Below, piece after piece: positions 1 to 13,223 of a stretch of DNA of 64,000 nucleotides. The DNA comes from an uncultured Actinomycetota bacterium. Its GTDB lineage: Bacteria; Actinomycetota; Actinomycetes; JAHEKZ01. A model generated the notes under the pieces. The model saw nothing but the letters and a program-made list of their open reading frames with translations, searched no databases and was not told the DNA's origin. The stretch is from assembly GCA_963743915.1 (NCBI GenBank), contig CAVURN010000001.1:608001-672000 (forward strand). Direction: 5' to 3'. Within the stretch, counting starts at the first letter, position 1. Every line of letters begins with the position of its first letter. Position numbers and translations under genes: made by a program.

Positions 1-109
1 GGCCGTCTTCGCCGGGACCGGTCGCTGGCGGGACGTCCACGACCACACCGACCTCAACGGACGCGACCGCTACCTGACAGCGCGACGGGCAGCGGCGGAC
101 GCGTCGTGA
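1..109 (+). CDS. prmC: release factor glutamine methyltransferase, 3' end (partial)
   Basis: Frame from nt 2 reads AVFAGTGRWRDVHDHTDLNGRDRYLTARR...*; DLxGRDR is the PrmC C-terminal motif; stop overlaps the sua5 start (GTGA). Confidence 0.75.
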   Translation, partial: AVFAGTGRWRDVHDHTDLNGRDRYLTARRAAADAS

Positions 110-795
110 CCCGCTTCGACTGCCGGCGGGAGGACGAGCGCAAGCGGGGGATCGAGCGCGCCATCGGCGCTGCCGGCCGCCACCAGCTGGTGGTCTTTCC
201 GACCGAGACCTCGTACGCCGTCGCCTGCGACGCGTTCTCGGCGGTCGCCGTCGAACGGCTCAACACCGCCAAGGGCAGGCTCGGGACCGACGCCCTGCCC
301 GTGATGGTCGGCTCGGTGAAGGCGGCGCGCGCCCTGGTCGGCGTCCTGCACCCGACGGGTGAGGCGTTGGTCGAGGGGTTCTGGCCCGGGCCGCTGACGG
401 CGGTGTGCGCGCAGCAGCCCACCTTGCACTGGGACATCGGCGGTGACGGCACCCTGGTGGCCGTTCGCATGCCGCTGCACCCGGTTGCGCTCGAGGTGCT
501 GCAGGGTGTCGGACCGATGGCGGTCGTCACGGCGAACCGCGTCGGTGAACCCGCCCCGGTCACCTGTGACGAGGCGGAGGAGCAGCTCGACGCGGCGGTG
601 TCGGTGTATCTCGACGGCGGTGCCCGTCCGGTGGGTGCGGCATCGACGGTGGTCGACCTCACGGAGCGTGAGCCGCGCCTGCTGCGCGGGGGAGCGGTGT
701 CGGTCGACGAGCTGCGCTCCGTGGCTCCCGACCTCCGGCTGCCCGACGAGCCCGTCGACGAGCGGGAAGCAGCACCGTCTGGTCCCCCGTCATGA
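106..795 (+). CDS. L-threonylcarbamoyladenylate synthase (Sua5/YrdC/TsaC family)
   Basis: FPTETSYAV, KGR, FWPGPLT, VAVRMP and TAN motifs; standard position after prmC. Confidence 0.9.
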   Translation: MTRFDCRREDERKRGIERAIGAAGRHQLVVFPTETSYAVACDAFSAVAVERLNTAKGRLGTDALPVMVGSVKAARALVGVLHPTGEALVEGFWPGPLTAVCAQQPTLHWDIGGDGTLVAVRMPLHPVALEVLQGVGPMAVVTANRVGEPAPVTCDEAEEQLDAAVSVYLDGGARPVGAASTVVDLTEREPRLLRGGAVSVDELRSVAPDLRLPDEPVDEREAAPSGPPS

Positions 796-1382
796 GCGGT
801 GTCATGGGTGCCGGAAGGTTCGGCGTCCTCGCGGTCTGCACGGGGAACATCGGGCGCTCGCCGATGATGGAGCGGCTGCTGCGCCACGACCTGGCGGCGG
901 CCGGACTCGACCAGCTCGTCGACGTGTCGGGTGCCGGCACCTGGGCGCAGGACGGCGAGCCGATGGAGCCGTACGCCGAGCAGACGCTCCGCGAGCGCGG
1001 CATCGATGCGGACGCCTTTGCGGCACGGCGGCTGCAGGCCCCCCTGGTCACCGGTGCCGGGCTCGTGGTGACCGCGACGCGCGAGCACAGATCCGCAGTC
1101 GTGCAGCTCGTCCCCGCTGCTGTCCGCCGCACGTTCACGCTGCTCGAGCTCGCCCGGATCGTCGATCGGCTCCCACCCCTGCCGGCGGTCCGCGACGCTG
1201 ATCCGCTCATCCGGATGCGCGAGGCGGTCGGCTGGGCCGCCCAGAACCGCGTCCCCCCGACGCACGAGTCCGCTGACGACCTGGACGACCCGTTGGGAGC
1301 GCCGCTGGACACCTACCGGGAGCGTGCCGACGAGATCCAGGTCGCCTGCTCGCGGGTCGTCACCCTGCTCCGTGGCGGCTAG
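792..1382 (+). CDS. low-molecular-weight protein tyrosine/arginine phosphatase family
   Basis: P-loop VCTGNIGRSPM and DLDDPLG general-acid motif. Confidence 0.85.
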   Translation: MSGVMGAGRFGVLAVCTGNIGRSPMMERLLRHDLAAAGLDQLVDVSGAGTWAQDGEPMEPYAEQTLRERGIDADAFAARRLQAPLVTGAGLVVTATREHRSAVVQLVPAAVRRTFTLLELARIVDRLPPLPAVRDADPLIRMREAVGWAAQNRVPPTHESADDLDDPLGAPLDTYRERADEIQVACSRVVTLLRGG

Positions 1383-1401
1383 CGCTCCCTCTCGTCCTCG
1401 G

Positions 1402-2703
1402 TCACCTGGTCCAACGCCTCCGTGGCGCCGGCACCGGCTCGGCACGCAGGAGCGGGTCTGTGACGTTCTCGGCCACGACGCGCTTGGCCCTCCTGATCTC
1501 GCCGAGCCGCCCACCGAACGGGCGCCCTGGGGGTGGCTGCAGGGGGGTGGGGCTCGCGAGGTCCTCGGCCAGCGCCCAGCCGCTTCCCAGCCTCAGCAGG
1601 GACGCGTGCTTGGTCCGGTAGTAGTCGCGTGAGATCGGGACGGCAACTCCCCAGGAGCCACCGGCCGCGGCGACCAGGTGCGGATGGAAGCGGGTCGAGA
1701 TCCAGCGCTGGTCCGGGCCGGCGGGCAATCCCCTACGCCACAGCTCGGAGAAGGGCTGGAACTCCAGCTGAGGCAGGTGGGGCTCCAGGAGCGACCGGAC
1801 GGCGGCGTCGTCGGGCGGCAGGCATTCGAGCAACGTCACGGGCTCCTGGTCCACGCCCCACGCACGCAGCGTCCGGACGGTGAACTCGGCGATCTCCTCC
1901 AGCGGGACCTCCAGCAGGTCTGACTGGAGGCAGAGCACGCTCCGTGGTTCCAGGGCCTGGTCGTAGACATGAGCCCCGAGGTCGAGAAACGCGTCGTCCC
2001 CGGAGCAGGTCGCGTGCGCGACCCGCCCACTGATGGCGGCCAAGGACTCCTCGTCGCGGACGTCGACCACGTCGAACCCGGCCAGGAGCTCGCCCAGCGG
2101 ACCGTCACTCCCCTCGACCAGCGGCATCAGCCCGGCGCCGGTCATGGCGGTGCGGGCGCCGAAGCTCTCACCCGCCTCGCGCACGGCACCGAGCAGTGTG
2201 AGGTGGTTCGGCCAGATGCGGTTGAGGTAACCGCCGCCGATGACGTGGGCGAGGTCCGCGCGCGCGAGCTGCTCGACCCCTGTCACCTCGCGCGGCAGCA
2301 GTCCCGGCTCCCGGACGACTCGGCGGCCGTGGTCGATGGTCTGCTGTGGTCCGCCTCGCGGCGCGTTCCAGCAGGCGTGGAACAAGGTGTCCACGCAGCG
2401 CAGGCCAGGGTGGATCCCGCCCAGCAGGATGGCGCTCTGACCGGGCCTGGGCGTGTCGAGCCACACCTCGGCCGTCGGTGCCACCCGGGCGAGGTGACGC
2501 AGCCACCCTGCAGCGATCAGCTCGTCGCCGTAGTTGGGGTGGCCGGCGACCCCGATGAGGTAGATGACGAGCGGCTCGGCGGGACTGGGCTCACCACGAC
2601 GGGGCTCACCACGACGGGGCTCTTGACGGCGGGGCACACGCGACTCCGAAGGTCTGGGACCCGGCGAGTGTATGCGCGCCGACGTCGACCGCCGGGCGGT
2701 CAT
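1402..2703 (-). CDS. polysaccharide pyruvyl transferase family protein
   Basis: GHPNYGDELI, GGGYLN, DVRDEES, GDDAF and STRFH motifs; start uncertain (low-complexity N-terminus). Confidence 0.75.
   Translation of the reverse strand: MTARRSTSARIHSPGPRPSESRVPRRQEPRRGEPRRGEPSPAEPLVIYLIGVAGHPNYGDELIAAGWLRHLARVAPTAEVWLDTPRPGQSAILLGGIHPGLRCVDTLFHACWNAPRGGPQQTIDHGRRVVREPGLLPREVTGVEQLARADLAHVIGGGYLNRIWPNHLTLLGAVREAGESFGARTAMTGAGLMPLVEGSDGPLGELLAGFDVVDVRDEESLAAISGRVAHATCSGDDAFLDLGAHVYDQALEPRSVLCLQSDLLEVPLEEIAEFTVRTLRAWGVDQEPVTLLECLPPDDAAVRSLLEPHLPQLEFQPFSELWRRGLPAGPDQRWISTRFHPHLVAAAGGSWGVAVPISRDYYRTKHASLLRLGSGWALAEDLASPTPLQPPPGRPFGGRLGEIRRAKRVVAENVTDPLLRAEPVPAPRRRWTR
2587..2631. repeat. 3 x 15-bp in-frame tandem repeat (gggctcaccacgacg, third copy degenerate)
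   Basis: Read directly; encodes PRRQE-PRRGE-PRRGE on the minus strand. Confidence 0.85.
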
Positions 2704-2808
2704 GGCCGGGCGGCGGCCGCAGCCGGCTCCGTGGAACGGTGCGCTGCCGGAGGGCTGTGCCGCTGGCTAGAGTGTCGCCACCGACGCCTGAGCAGGCAGG
2801 AGCTGCAC

Positions 2809-4098
2809 ATGACCTCGACGCCGTACTGGGGACCCGACTTCTCCGCACTGCAGCAGAGCGACCCGGAGATCGCGGGCGTCCTGCTCGACGAGCTCAACCG
2901 GCTCCGTGGGGGCCTGCAGCTGATCGCCAGCGAGAACTTCACCTCGCCGGCGGTGCTGGCCGCCACCGGCTCGACCCTGTCCAACAAGTACGCCGAGGGG
3001 TACCCGCACAAGCGGTACTACGGCGGTTGCGCCGATGTCGACGTCGCCGAGGACATCGGCATCGCCCGCGCCAAGGAGCTCTTCGGCGCCGATCACGCCA
3101 ACTTGCAGCCGCACTCGGGGGCGTCCGCGAACCTCGCGGTGTATGCGGCCCTGCTCAAGCCCGGTGACACCGTGCTGGCCATGGACCTCAAGCACGGCGG
3201 CCACCTGACCCACGGTTCGCCGGTGAACTTCTCCGGTCAGTGGTTCACCAACGTGTCGTACGGCGTCTCGGCCGATACCGAGCTCATCGACTACGACCAC
3301 GTGCGCGACCAGGCACGCGAGCACCGTCCCAAGATGATCATCGCTGGGGCGACCGCGTACTCGCGGCTCATCGACTTCGCCACCTTCCGCGAGATCGCGG
3401 ACGAGGTGGGCGCCTACCTGATGGTGGACGCCGCGCACTTCATCGGGCTGGTGGCCGGCAAGGCCATCCCGTCGCCGGTGCCCTATGCCGACGTGGTGTC
3501 GTTCACGACGCACAAGGTGCTCCGCGGGCCCCGCGGAGGCATGATCCTGTGCCGCGACGAGCTCGCCACCAAGATCGACAAGGCGGTCTTCCCCTTCCTG
3601 CAGGGCGGCCCCCTGATGCACGTCGTCGCGGCCAAGGCCGTGGCGCTGAAGGAGGCCGCGCAACCCGCCTACCAGCAGTACGCCCAGCAGGTGATCGCCA
3701 ACGCCCAGGCGCTCTCGGCCGGGCTCGAGAAGGACGGCATGCGCACCGTGTCCGGGGGAACCGACACCCATCTCGCGCTCATCGACCTCCGAGGTGTCGG
3801 GGTGACCGGCCGCGACGCCGAGGTGCGCTGCGACGCCGCCAAGATCACCCTCAACAAGAACGCGATTCCCTTCGACCCGGCCAAGCCGATGATCGGTTCG
3901 GGGGTGCGCGTCGGCACACCGTCGGTCACCACGCAGGGCATGGGCGAGGCGGAGATGGGCGAGGTGGCGACGCTGATCGGCCGCGCGGTCCGCGCTGACG
4001 TCGAGACCGAGGCCGGGCGCGCCGAGGCACGGGAGGTCGCCGAGTCGGTCTCCGCCCTGGTGTCGAAGTTCCCCGCCTACCCCGACCCGACCCACTAG
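2809..4098 (+). CDS. glyA: serine hydroxymethyltransferase
   Basis: LIASENF, NKYAEGYP, GGHLTHG and TTHKVLRGPRGG (PLP lysine); RBS ggag before ATG 2809. Confidence 0.97.
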   Translation: MTSTPYWGPDFSALQQSDPEIAGVLLDELNRLRGGLQLIASENFTSPAVLAATGSTLSNKYAEGYPHKRYYGGCADVDVAEDIGIARAKELFGADHANLQPHSGASANLAVYAALLKPGDTVLAMDLKHGGHLTHGSPVNFSGQWFTNVSYGVSADTELIDYDHVRDQAREHRPKMIIAGATAYSRLIDFATFREIADEVGAYLMVDAAHFIGLVAGKAIPSPVPYADVVSFTTHKVLRGPRGGMILCRDELATKIDKAVFPFLQGGPLMHVVAAKAVALKEAAQPAYQQYAQQVIANAQALSAGLEKDGMRTVSGGTDTHLALIDLRGVGVTGRDAEVRCDAAKITLNKNAIPFDPAKPMIGSGVRVGTPSVTTQGMGEAEMGEVATLIGRAVRADVETEAGRAEAREVAESVSALVSKFPAYPDPTH

Positions 4099-4115
4099 CC
4101 GGTCGGGGAGCGCCG

Positions 4116-5198
4116 GTGCGCGCCTATCTGTTGGTCCTGCTCGCCTCGGCGGCGATCACGTACCTCACCGTTCCGGTCGTGCGGTGGTACGCGGTGCGGT
4201 GGAAGGTCATGGCCGAGATCCGCGACCGCGACGTGCACGACACCCCGATCCCGCGGCTCGGTGGCGTGGCCATGTACCTCGGTTTCCTGGGCGGGATGCT
4301 CGTGGCCAGCCAGCTCGGGTTCGTGTCCGTGGTCTTCACCGAGTCGCGGGACGCCTGGGCGGTCATCACCGGGGGCACGCTGATCTTCCTGGTCGGGGTG
4401 GTCGACGACATCTGGGGCCTGGACGCCCTCACCAAGGCAGCCGGCCAGATCATCGCGGCGGGCGTGATGGTGCTCCAGGGCGTCCAGCTGCTCTGGCTGC
4501 CCTTCAACGGGGTCACCGTGCTGGACTACAACACCAGCGTCGTGCTGACCGTCCTGCTGATCGTCGTCACGGTCAACGCGATCAACTTCGTCGACGGCCT
4601 CGACGGCCTGGCTGCCGGCATCATCGGGATCGGCTCCCTCGCCTTCTTCGCCTTCGCCTACCTGCTGTCGTTCGACCGGGGGATCGACCGGGCCACGACC
4701 GCAGCCCTGGTCTCCTGCGTGCTGGCCGGAATCTGTGCCGGCTTCCTGCCGCACAACTTCAACCCCGCGCGCATCTTCATGGGCGACTCCGGGTCGATGC
4801 TGGCCGGACTGCTGCTCTCAGCCTCGGTGATCACGCTCACCGGCAAGATCGACCCGTACTCCGTCGACGCCTCGCTGCTCCCGGCGCTGATGCCGCTCGT
4901 CCTGCCGTTCGCCGTGCTGGCCGTCCCTCTGATCGACCTCCTGCTGGCGGTGGTGCGGCGCACGCGCGCAGGTCGCTCCCCGTTCGCGCCGGACAAGCAG
5001 CACCTGCACCACCGGCTGCTGGAGATCGGCCACTCGCAGCGCCAGGCGGTGCTCGTCATGTACCTGTGGGCAGGAGCGCTGGCGCTCGGCGCCGCGGTGG
5101 CCGCCCACGTCAACGTCCGCGCCGGGCTGGTCACCGCGGGGGTGATGGCCGCACTCGCGGTGCTGGCCACGCGCAACCCGCGCAAGGCCTCGGCATGA
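4116..5198 (+). CDS. undecaprenyl/decaprenyl-phosphate GlcNAc-1-phosphate transferase (WecA/Rfe, MraY family)
   Basis: PRLGG, VVDD, NAINFVDGLDGL, FMGDSGS and HLHHRLL motifs; multiple TM helices. Confidence 0.92.
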   Translation: MRAYLLVLLASAAITYLTVPVVRWYAVRWKVMAEIRDRDVHDTPIPRLGGVAMYLGFLGGMLVASQLGFVSVVFTESRDAWAVITGGTLIFLVGVVDDIWGLDALTKAAGQIIAAGVMVLQGVQLLWLPFNGVTVLDYNTSVVLTVLLIVVTVNAINFVDGLDGLAAGIIGIGSLAFFAFAYLLSFDRGIDRATTAALVSCVLAGICAGFLPHNFNPARIFMGDSGSMLAGLLLSASVITLTGKIDPYSVDASLLPALMPLVLPFAVLAVPLIDLLLAVVRRTRAGRSPFAPDKQHLHHRLLEIGHSQRQAVLVMYLWAGALALGAAVAAHVNVRAGLVTAGVMAALAVLATRNPRKASA

Positions 5199-5663
5199 CG
5201 CCTCGCACGGGGCTCCCGTCGTATCCGCGTCGCTCCCGTGAGCTGCCCGGGCTCTACTTCCGGTGGGCTGCGCTCCCGACCGTGGTCGCCACGGGGGTCG
5301 CGGCGGTCGCGGCGCTGCTCGCCCAGGGCGGGTGCGGAGGCCCTGGGGATCGTCGTCGGAGGACTGGTGGTGCTGATCTTCTTCGGCATCGACCTGCTGG
5401 CCATGCGGGTCAGCGCCGGGTGGGAGCCGACCTCGACGTTCCTGCTGGTCATGGTGGAGTACCTGGCCAAGATCATCGCGCTGGCGGTGCTCTTCGCCGC
5501 CGTGCGCGGGCAGGACGCCCTGCCCGGCCGGTCGGTCGGCATCGGCATCGGCGTCGCGGCGACGGTCTTCCTCGCCGCTCTGGTGGCGGCCTACCTGAAG
5601 ATCCCCACCTTCGTGGTCGAACCGGACGAGGAAGGGCCCGGTGGAGGGGGTGCGGCGGGGTGA
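5195..5663 (+). CDS. ATP synthase protein I-like membrane protein (one frameshift near 5330)
   Basis: ATG overlaps the upstream stop; hydrophobic N-part continues in a second frame (GAEALGIVVGGLVVLIFF...); typical position before atpB. Confidence 0.6.
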
Positions 5664-5736
5664 TCAGAGTCACCCCGCGACCCCCCGACCTCGATTGGTA
5701 CCGGCGATCGAACCGGCTGCTAGGGTCCGGGAACCG

Positions 5737-6006
5737 ATGGGTCAGGACGAACGTCCGCATCAGTCGCGGCACAGCTCCGCGGACGACGCAGGCGCCTGGG
5801 ACATCGTCGCCTACTTGCTCTCCGGGATGTTGCTCTGGGGTGGCGCCGGGTGGCTGCTCGACCGCTGGCTGGGCCTCGAGGTCTTCCTGCCGGTCGGGCT
5901 GCTGGTCGGCACCGGGCTGGCGCTCTTCATCGTGTACCTGCGATACGGGCGCGCCCCCGACCCACCCGACGCTCAGCCCGGGGGACCCGACGGCTCGAGC
6001 CGCTGA
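5737..6006 (+). CDS. AtpZ/AtpI family small membrane protein
   Basis: AWDIVAYLLSGMLLWGGAGWLLDRWLG pattern; two TM helices; immediately before atpB. Confidence 0.8.
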   Translation: MGQDERPHQSRHSSADDAGAWDIVAYLLSGMLLWGGAGWLLDRWLGLEVFLPVGLLVGTGLALFIVYLRYGRAPDPPDAQPGGPDGSSR

Positions 6007-6018
6007 GAGGAGTCTTCG

Positions 6019-6813
6019 TTGAGCCTGATGGTGCTCGCCGAAGAAGGAGAGGGGTACTCCCCTCCCGGGGCTGAAGACTTCAAGCTCCCTGCCGTCTTCG
6101 ACATCGGCTCGGTGGAGATCACCAAGCCGTACCTGATGGCCATGCTCTCGATGCTGGTCCTGGTGGCCTTCTTCTACTTCGCCTCACGCAAGGCTGCACT
6201 GGTGCCCAGCCGGCTGCAGTTCGCCGGCGAGGGCATCTACGGCTTCGTCCGGCGTGACCTGGGCCGCGACATCCTGGGCAGCGAGAGCTTCCTGAAGTTC
6301 CTGCCGCTGATCTTCTCGCTCTTCATCTTCGTGGCCCTGAACAACGTCTTCGGGATCGTCCCGTTGATCCAGTTCCCGACCATGTCGCTCATCGGGTTCC
6401 CGATCGCGCTCACCCTCATCGTCTGGGTCACGTACCTCTTCGTCGGCATCCGCAAGAAGGGGCCGATCGGCTACTTCAAGCAGGAGATGTTCCCTCCCGG
6501 CGTCCCGTGGTGGGTCTACTTCGTGCTCTCCCCGATCGAGCTGGCCAAGGTCGTGCTCGTGCAGCCGCTGACCATGGCGCTGCGGCTCTTCGCCAACATG
6601 TTCGCCGGCCACCTGCTCCTCCTGGTGTTCATCCTCGGCGGCGAGTACATGCTGCTCCACGGTGAAGGGCTCGTGCCGGTGCTCTCGATCGGTGCCTTCG
6701 CCATGGGCATCGTCATGACGTTCTTCGAGCTGCTGGTGCAGCTCCTGCAGGCCTATGTCTTCGCACTACTCACGGCGCTGTACCTCGCAGCGTCGCTGAG
6801 CGAGGAGCACTAG
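6019..6813 (+). CDS. atpB: F0F1 ATP synthase subunit a
   Basis: ALRLFANMFAGH and QAYVF motifs. Confidence 0.97.
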   Translation: MSLMVLAEEGEGYSPPGAEDFKLPAVFDIGSVEITKPYLMAMLSMLVLVAFFYFASRKAALVPSRLQFAGEGIYGFVRRDLGRDILGSESFLKFLPLIFSLFIFVALNNVFGIVPLIQFPTMSLIGFPIALTLIVWVTYLFVGIRKKGPIGYFKQEMFPPGVPWWVYFVLSPIELAKVVLVQPLTMALRLFANMFAGHLLLLVFILGGEYMLLHGEGLVPVLSIGAFAMGIVMTFFELLVQLLQAYVFALLTALYLAASLSEEH

Positions 6814-6855
6814 TCGGACGGCGCACCCCGCGCTCGCCATCGAAAGGAACAGGTA

Positions 6856-7059
6856 ATGGAAGGCACGCTCAACGCGGTCGGCTACGGCCTCGCCGCGATC
6901 GGCCCCGGTATCGGCGTCGGTCTCATCTTCGCTGCATACATCCAGGGTGTCGCTCGCCAGCCCGAGGCTCGCTCGGTCCTCCAGCCGATCGCCTTCCTGG
7001 GCTTCGCCCTCGCCGAGGCGCTGGCCCTGTTCGGTCTGGTTCTCGCGTTCGTCCTCTGA
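6856..7059 (+). CDS. atpE: F0F1 ATP synthase subunit c
   Basis: GPGIGVG, ARQPE and catalytic Glu in ALAEALA. Confidence 0.97.
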   Translation: MEGTLNAVGYGLAAIGPGIGVGLIFAAYIQGVARQPEARSVLQPIAFLGFALAEALALFGLVLAFVL

Positions 7060-7080
7060 TCGACTCGCCCGAACGGATAG

Positions 7081-7652
<572 letters not shown>

Positions 7653-7653
<1 letters not shown>

Positions 7654-8561
7654 TGCAGGGAGCCAGCCGCGAGTCGCTGTCCTCCGCCTCCGAGCGGCTG
7701 GACACGCTTCTCGCATCCCCGGCCACCGAGGCCGGTGACGTCGCGGAGCGGGCTACCCACTGGGTCGGTCGGTTCCTGCCGTCCCTGGCCCAGCGGGTCG
7801 AGTCGGTGCTGCCCGTGGCCGGTCCGCTCGGTGTCGGCGACGCACTCTTCTCGGTGGCGGCGCTGCTCGACGAGCAGCCGTCGTTGCGCGCCGCTCTCAC
7901 CGACCCGGCGCGCAGCGGTGAGGACAAGGCCGCCCTTGCGGCGTCCCTGCTGAGCGGCAAGGTCGCGGAACAGGTGGTCGACCTCGTCTCCGGGATGGTG
8001 CGGTCGCGCTGGTCGACGCCGCGCGACCTGGCCGAGGGAACCGCACGGCTCGGCGTCGAGGCCGTACTGGTCTCGGCGCAGCGGCACGACCGGCTCGACG
8101 AGGTGCAGGACGAGCTCTTCCGGTTCGCCCGTACGGTGGCGTCGCAGCCGGAGCTGCGTCTGGCGCTCACCGACCGGGGCCTGCCCGTCGAGCGCAAGTC
8201 GGACCTGCTCACCGAGCTGCTCAAGGAGAAGACCACCGTCGAGGCGGCTCGCCTGATCGTCCATGCGGTCACCGAGCCACGCGGGCACTCCCTGGAGTCC
8301 AACCTCGAGGCACTGGCCGACGCTGCCGCCGCCCGCCGACAGCGTCAGGTGGCCACGGTCGCCGCCGCGGTGCCGCTGACCGAGCACCAGCGTGACCGGC
8401 TCGCCGCAGCACTGTCGGCGCAGCTCGGCCACGACGTCCAGCTCAACGTGGTGATCGACCCCGACGTCGTCGGCGGGCTGCGTGTCAGCCTCGGCGACGA
8501 GGTGATCGACGGCACGTTGGCCACCCGACTTGACGACGCGCAGCGGCGCATCGCCGACTAG
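7653..8561 (+). CDS. atpH: F0F1 ATP synthase subunit delta (long actinobacterial form with an extra insertion)
   Basis: MQGASRES start, RWS motif, [11 protein letters not shown]...DGT C-terminus. Confidence 0.93.
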
Positions 8562-8610
8562 TTCGACCAACAGCGGGCAGCCGCCCGCGCAGAACCGAGG
8601 AGAGCAGGAC

Positions 8611-10245
<1,635 letters not shown>

Positions 10246-10278
10246 CGGTGCTCTCAACCGGGGTAGAGGTCATCTGAC

Positions 10279-12656
<2,378 letters not shown>

Positions 12657-12688
12657 CGGCGGCCCGAGCCCGAAGGAGAGAACCTCAA

Positions 12689-13078
12689 GTGGCACTTGCA
12701 GTCCAGCTGGTGGCGGCCGACCGCTCGGTGTGGTCGGGCGAGGCCACGATCGTCATCGCCCGCACCGTCGACGGCGATCTCGGCGTGCTGCCGGGCCACG
12801 AGCCGATGCTGGCCGAGCTGGCCAGCGGCGTCGTGCTCGTGCGGACGACCGACGGCGAGGTCGTCGCCGCGGCCGTCCACGGCGGGTTCATCTCCGTCGA
12901 GAACGACACGGTGTCCCTGCTCGCCGAGGTCGCTGAGCTCGCCCACGAGATCGACGTCGAGCGGGCGCGGGCCGCGCTCGAGCGAGCGGCGAACGGGGGG
13001 ACAGCCGACGAGGAGTCACTGGTCGAGGCCCAGAAGCGGGCCGAGACCCGGCTGCGTGCCGCCGAGGCCCGCATCTGA
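12689..13078 (+). CDS. atpC: F0F1 ATP synthase subunit epsilon
   Basis: GTG after gaaggag RBS; GDLGVLPGH and GGFISV motifs. Confidence 0.95.
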   Translation: MALAVQLVAADRSVWSGEATIVIARTVDGDLGVLPGHEPMLAELASGVVLVRTTDGEVVAAAVHGGFISVENDTVSLLAEVAELAHEIDVERARAALERAANGGTADEESLVEAQKRAETRLRAAEARI

Positions 13079-13096
13079 CGCAGTGCGGCTGCACGG

Positions 13097-13154
13097 CACA
13101 CCTTTGGGGTAGCTCACCTGGGCCATGACCCGGACTGGTTTCCCCAAAGGTGTG
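13097..13154. repeat. long hairpin after atpC (perfect 13-bp arms); terminator or REP-like element
   Basis: cacacctttgggg (13097-13109) and ccccaaaggtgtg (13142-13154) are exact reverse complements. Confidence 0.8.
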
Positions 13155-13223
13155 TGGAACAGGGTGTTTCGCTTCCCGACGGCCCCCTCGCCAGGGTGCG
13201 CGCGGCTTGGCTAGCATCCGGTC

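Noticed and set aside
54-1514. Long antisense and alternative-frame ORFs in the track (also 2767-4095, 8485-10257, 18824-20611, 47914-50175 and others)
   Set aside because: Shadow ORFs of high-GC genes or artefactual fusions through frameshifts; no recognisable motifs
2704-2808. Possible ZTP (pfl) riboswitch upstream of glyA (cgcctgagca resembles its 3' end)
   Set aside because: The 5' GACTGGCG/P1 elements are missing, and a TAGAGT -10 leaves too short a leader
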